Shown: positions 57,791-64,000 of the stretch, piece by piece
Position numbering within the stretch: position 1 is the first letter of the stretch
How the letters are laid out: every line of letters starts with the position of its first letter
Assembly (NCBI GenBank): GCA_012295275.1
Contig: CM022667.1
Span: forward strand, 1,922,001 to 1,986,000
Source of the DNA: Chrysomallon squamiferum
Lineage: Eukaryota; Animalia; Mollusca
Direction of reading: 5' to 3'
Length of the DNA: 64,000 nucleotides
The notes under the pieces: model-generated
Database searches by the model: none
The model's input: the letters and a program-made list of their open reading frames with translations, nothing else
Told to the model about the DNA's origin: nothing
Translations under genes and position numbers: made by a program

Positions 57791-59109
57791 AGGCGTGAGG
57801 ATCAACCTTTTTGTTTTTTTTCGCTTACGGTTCATGAATTATCACTATTCACCTCTGTTGAACGTTGTGGCTAGGAAAGAGCCCAACACTGACGTGATGA
57901 AGAGATAGAGAGACGTTTGCGTCAGCGTCATTGACCAACGACCACGTTGGCGATGTTGGTCAGGTTAGAAGAAAAGATTCAGTTTGCCTCGTCGACTGGA
58001 TGAATGAAAGTCTTACACATCGTAGTGATATCACTCAGAGCGGATCATTTTATAAAAAAAATGTTTAAAGCTGTAGAAAACATCTGTTTTCAAATTTCAC
58101 TTCTGACCCCAATTGTCTTCATTGTATATTGAACTGTCGATCGTCATTTTCACCTTATTAATTCACTGGTATCATAATTATAACCATTCCTCACAGCTAA
58201 TATAGTTTACAAATACAGACAGTTGTACACTTTTATTAGATATTCCCTATATTTTTTTTTTTTTTTAAGTGTATACGTCAAAATAATTATATATTATTTT
58301 TACAAAATATATATATTATTAATTTATTTGTCTGTTATTTCTTATAAAATAATAATGTATGGATGTATGAGTTTATATCTATGTATGTTTGTATGTATTT
58401 ATGAATATATATATGTATGTATGTATGTATACGTGTATGTTTTGTGTGTATATATATATATATATGTATGTATGTATATATGTATGTATGCATGTTTGTA
58501 TGTATGTGTCACTGTATGTTTGTTTGCATTAACGTATGTATATATGTATGTGTGTGTGTGTGTATGTGTCGTATCATAACACATATAATGTATAGGCTGG
58601 GTGGGTATTTGTGCATATATGTATGTATGTGTGTATGTTTGTATGTATGTATGTATGTATGTATGCATGTGTGTATGTATGTATGTATGTATGTATGTAC
58701 GTATGTACACATAACACGGTTCCCAAGCAACCCTGACTCCATAAACACATCGAAAAACAAAAACGAAATTCTCAGTAGCAGTTTTCACATGGGTAATAAC
58801 GCAGTACACTCTGTACATTAACAACGAACTGTTCATAGTCATTTAACAGTGTGCAGTGTCCACTCTAAGAATTAACCAATATATAACACAACGCATCTGT
58901 GTTTTAGCAAGGGTATCTAACCATCAATCAAGTTCTTGTACTTAAAGAAAATCAATATCCTGCTAATGAACCTGCACCCTGGGTGTGATCAGAATGAAAG
59001 AATAACTATTACAAATTGATGCGTGTATTATTATAGTGATTACAAATGTGCCGTGATATGATCATAAGCTACAGATGAACAAAGGTATAATTATAATCTA
59101 TATCATAAT

Positions 59110-59640
59110 CAGGGTGTGACAATGATCTGTAAATGAACCAAGGTGTGACTGTAATTTATGAATGAACACGGATGTGACTATAATATATGAATGAACCTGT
59201 GTGTGACTATAATCTATGAATGAACCTGTGTGTGACTATAATCTATAAATGAACACGGATTTGACTATAATCTATAAATGAACCAGGGTGTGACTATAAT
59301 CTATAAATGAGACAGGATTTGAATATAATCTATAAATGAGCCAGTGTGTGACTATAATCTATAAATAAACCGGGCTGTAACTATAATCTATAAATGAACC
59401 AGGATGTGACTATAATCTATAAATGAATCAGGATGTGACTATAATCTATAAATGAACCAGGATGTGACTATAATCTATACATGAACCAGGATGTGACTAT
59501 AATCTATAAATGAACCAGGATGTGACTATAATCTATAAATGAACCAGGATGTGACTACAATCTATACATGAACCCGAGTTTGACTCTAATCTCTAAATGA
59601 ACCAGGGACTGACTGCAATCTTTAAAAGAATCAAGGTGTG
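59110..59640. repeat. 29-bp minisatellite (ctataatctataaatgaaccaggatgtga)
   Basis: Clear tandem units. Confidence 0.92.
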
Positions 59641-61560
59641 TTTATGTAATAACAAAGAGGATGTGGTTTTATTATCTCTGCATGATCCGCGATGCGACTT
59701 CAGTCGTTATGTGTTCACCAGGCTATCAATAAGACAACTATAAAAACCTAGTGAAACTAGGATGTATAAGAAAAAAACTATATTGATCATAATAAAAATA
59801 ATGTAACACGACTCTTTACGGATTTTATTTTATTTTTTTTTTTTAATTATAAAAATAAAAAAATAAAAATCAATACAAAAAATATATTATTTAAATTAAT
59901 TGGCTTTCATATATTTGTTGACGAGCACGTGAGTTAATCTTTTCATGACAAATGTAATCACTGGGTAAATTCTTGTTCATTTGTAAGTGTTCATGATATA
60001 CATTTAAAGATACGGTAGCTTCTGAAGTTTTCATTCTGTATAGGTAAACTTCTCTAAACTGTTATAATAGGTATGTATTTGATACATACATACGTATGTA
60101 CGTACATACATACATACATACATACATACATACATACATACATACATACATACATACATACATACATACATGTTTTACATACGTACACGTGTTACATACA
60201 TACATACAAACATACATACACACACACATACATACATACATACACATATACACACATACATACATACAAACATACATACACACACACATACATACATACA
60301 TACATACATACAAACATACACACACACACACATGGCTGTGTTTGATTTGTCCTGCGCCAGTGTGTTCTCGAATATTGTCTATGTGCAGAGTCTATTCAGA
60401 GGTACATAAGACAGAGAATATTCAAAATCCTAAACTACATACATACATACATCTAAATATACAGACGTGTATGTGTCAGTTTTTGAATGTATTGGTACTG
60501 TGCGTTTTGGGGTGTCTTCGTTTGGTTCATATTTTCAGATTAAGAAGAATGAGAAAATGATTTTATTTAACGAGAAACTCAGCAGATTTTTAATTTATCT
60601 GTCTATCTATCTGTTTATCTATCTATATATATATATATTTATGAATGTATGCATGCATGAATGTATGATGTATGTACTTATGTATATATGTTTGTGTGGT
60701 ATGTATGTATATATGTGTGTATGTTTGTATGTTTATATGTATTTACGCATATGTGCGTACAAGTTTTACTAGTATATTGTATTTGTTTATGTCTGTGTAT
60801 TTAGATGTATGTATGTATGTTCGTACTTTCGTATGTAAATACGTATTTATGTACGTTAATATAAAACTGTTTTCTCTGCCTAATTTATTATCATTGTTAC
60901 CATTTCTTCATACACGGGTCTAATGTTTTCTAAATGTCAGTTCTTCAATCTGCTTTGTCGCAAACATCAATAACTCATTTACACAGGCAGGTTACGTCGA
61001 ATGCATGTGTATTAGTCATTCTAGTAACAGAGATGACATGAGTGCCAATAAAAAATAAAATACCATTAGCAATAGACGGGCGTTGTTGTTGTTCACTATA
61101 TATATATATATTGTAAATACTCCTTATTATATTAAGTAAATGATAAAGTGTAATAAAGTTCTGTTATTTTTCGAAATTCTGCGCTCATCTAGAATCATTT
61201 CTAAGCCTGGTGTGAACGTTAGATCTTTTATTCTATCTGTGATCTACCACATCTGAATCGACAAAGCATTTTGTTTTCTCTGAATATTTTCTGTATAGCG
61301 TTGCGCTCTCCTAGAATTCTTCTGCTCTGGTGTGAACTTCAGTTCTTTATTATGTTTTATGAGCGGCCGAATTTGAACTGACCGATCAGTTCTTTTGTTG
61401 TTTTTTTTCTCACGTGCATTTTCTTGCGTTCACGACAGGAGAAGGAAGTTGCGTAATAAAGTGTGTTTCATGACGTGAAAAGAAGATGGTTATTGTTTTG
61501 ATTACGAATTATATAATTGTTTTATATAATTACGATTTTTGTGTATATTTTTCTTTGCAG

Positions 61561-61620
61561 TTCTTTCAGACACACTGCAGAACAAGGAGTCTGATGCAGT
61601 TCACACCCAATGTCGATTCG
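61561..61620 (+). other. Candidate 60-nt exon of an unidentified downstream gene
   Basis: Strong acceptor ttttttctttgcag| and donor |gtgagt; no recognisable product. Confidence 0.4.
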
Positions 61621-62052
61621 GTGAGTTTCAAACTTTTTTTTTTTTTTTTTTTTACGTTGCCTTTCGGTTGTTACTACGGGTGTTTTGCGTGTTAAAATAA
61701 CTGGTTTGCACCTGTCTGTTTTATATGCGATAACAAACTGCTTTTAATAACTTTTTTTTTATTTCTTAAAAACAGTTGTTTTATATATTTTTGTTTTTTA
61801 TTTGTTGAAAACAATTGTTTTTTTTGTATCTTCGCGTTTTGCGTGTTAAAAAATAGGTGTTTTTTTTAATGATTGTTTTTAATCAGTTTGTTTTATACGT
61901 TTTCTAACATCTGTTATTTTTATGATTTTTTTTTGTTTGACTTGTTATAATAACAGTTTGTATTGCTAGATATAATAAGTATTCTTATAACTTCTGTTTT
62001 ACTTCTTAGATGTTTTACGTCTCGTGTGTTTATCTGTGTGTGTGTGTTTGTC

Positions 62053-62170
<118 letters not shown>

Positions 62171-62609
62171 TAGGTTTGTCCTTGTTTATGACAAATCGTA
62201 GGAGCCTTTAAAATAATTTTACTTGATTACATGGCGCGTTATCCAGCTGATAAACAATTAGTAAAATATCCTCAATTCACTCTCCTACTTCAAAACACAC
62301 ACCTTACCACCTAATTATCTATGCCTAGAACTTAAAACATTCAGTCATAAAATTTAGTTCATTTAAGCAATATTTATTTCTGTTCATTAAAATCAAGGTC
62401 GCGTTGAGCGTAATGATTCGACATTCGTTAACTATCAAGTTAAGGACAATAATTTGCAGAACAAGTGAAAAAAATCGTTTACGAAGACCAACTGTCCTGT
62501 TAATTTTTTAATCATACTGTATCCCACATATAAATGGTTTTATATTAAAAAATATGTGTTCTAAAACTCCTGCAATGTTAAAGCATTTGCTCAGTGATTA
62601 TGGGCTACA

Positions 62610-62830
62610 TACACTGAGCTACATACACTGAGTAGCAGACAATGAGCTACATACAGTGAGCTGCAGACACTGAGCTGCAGACACTGAGCTGTATACACTG
62701 AGTTGTAGACACTGAGCTGTAGACACTGAGCTGCACACACTGAGCTGCAGACACTGAGCTACATACACTGAGCTGCAGACACTGAGCTGTAGACACTGAG
62801 CTGCAGACACTGAGCTGCAGACACTGAGCT
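62610..62830. repeat. 14-bp minisatellite (acactgagctgcag)
   Basis: Period 14. Confidence 0.92.
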
Positions 62831-64000
62831 CCACCAGACGTTCATACTTTAAGCAGCAGGTTCAGTCTTGGATATTCCAATTGTTTTCCACACCCAGTTG
62901 TTTACTCGGAAAAAGTTGCTTAAATATCGGAATATAAACACATACACGCGGATTATCGGACACTGCTACTTATATTATCTTGAATACTCTCTCTCGCGTG
63001 CACACACACATATACACACATATACACACACTTACGGGCACACATATACAAACACATACATAGATATATGCATGTATACATTTCAACAATCACTAGACAT
63101 AGTAAGAATCTAATTTGCAACTAATTAATTACGTCTTAATGAAAGAACGCAAAATCAATGATAAATATTTTACCAAATAGTAAAGATTAATCATCAGTGT
63201 GAACATAATACATTCCTTTATGAATTAATCTCATTTATTTTCTTAAACTCTTGCGTCAAGTTTTCTAACATCACAATTTTTAACACTATGCCTAAATGTA
63301 CGTGATCCGAAAGTGTCAGTAGAGGACGGATTCGTTTTTGAACCTGTACCTACACTGAACCTCTGGCATTTCTCAGCCTCTGATTGTTTGAAAGCTGTTT
63401 TGCAACAACTGTGTGATACCTTGGTCGACATCGGGTATTTTGTTATATTAAAGATAGAGGAAGGTCAACCGACGCGATAAAGGTGAGGTAAAAAAATCTT
63501 ATTTCGCCCATGTAAATGTAATTTTTTGCTATTTTTATAGGTGTATAGTCCTGGAAGGTATATACGTGCATATATAGGATATTACATATTTGTAAGTTAG
63601 GACATAGTCTTTGCATATAAAGATCGAAAAAGCTGAATTTCACGCCGCGTCCGAAAAATTACAAGCGGGTATTTTTTATGTCTAGTATTGCGCTGTATTG
63701 AATCACTACTCGTCATTATATTTAACCAGCGGTCGAAATGTTGCGGCGTTCGGCCCTACAACCTAAATTGTGATCTGATGCTGATTATACAGCTGCAGCC
63801 AGGTTTGAAATGGAAAGGTCAGATTCAGTGTCCGAACAAGAGAATTGAGAAACGTCATAATCGTGGCGACACCAACAACGCTGTGAACCTGACAACAGAA
63901 CCTGAACAGCACTGTGCTCCGCCCAAATCCGCAAATGAAGATTGCGAGCCTGAAAATGCAGATCTTGAGTCGTTTGTCCCAGAGAGATGAGCGCCGTGCG

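Overview
AT-rich, microsatellite-dense eukaryotic (invertebrate-like, possibly molluscan; taxon is inference) genomic DNA. Most ORFs in the supplied track are microsatellite artefacts. The main feature is a multi-exon + strand gene (CDS about 25683-51376, roughly 1,030 aa) for a canonical TRP (TRPC3/6/7-like) cation channel. I assembled it by hand with GT-AG boundaries and consistent exon phases. The pore-helix/filter/S6 segment is present as two tandem 199-nt exons (43372-43570 and 44208-44406) that must be mutually exclusive. The 637-nt intron between them can fold into one long nested hairpin rich in G-U pairs on the sense strand, a candidate mechanism for enforcing exclusivity. One expected TRPC exon (about 34902-35117) survives only as a scrambled hybrid with an adjacent 51-bp minisatellite, most likely a consensus/assembly error. 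The window also holds six tRNA-Gln genes in a divergent 3+3 cluster (14.4-20.2 kb), a seventh antisense intronic copy, a decayed Tc1 transposase, a pogo/Tigger-like MITE and many minisatellites.
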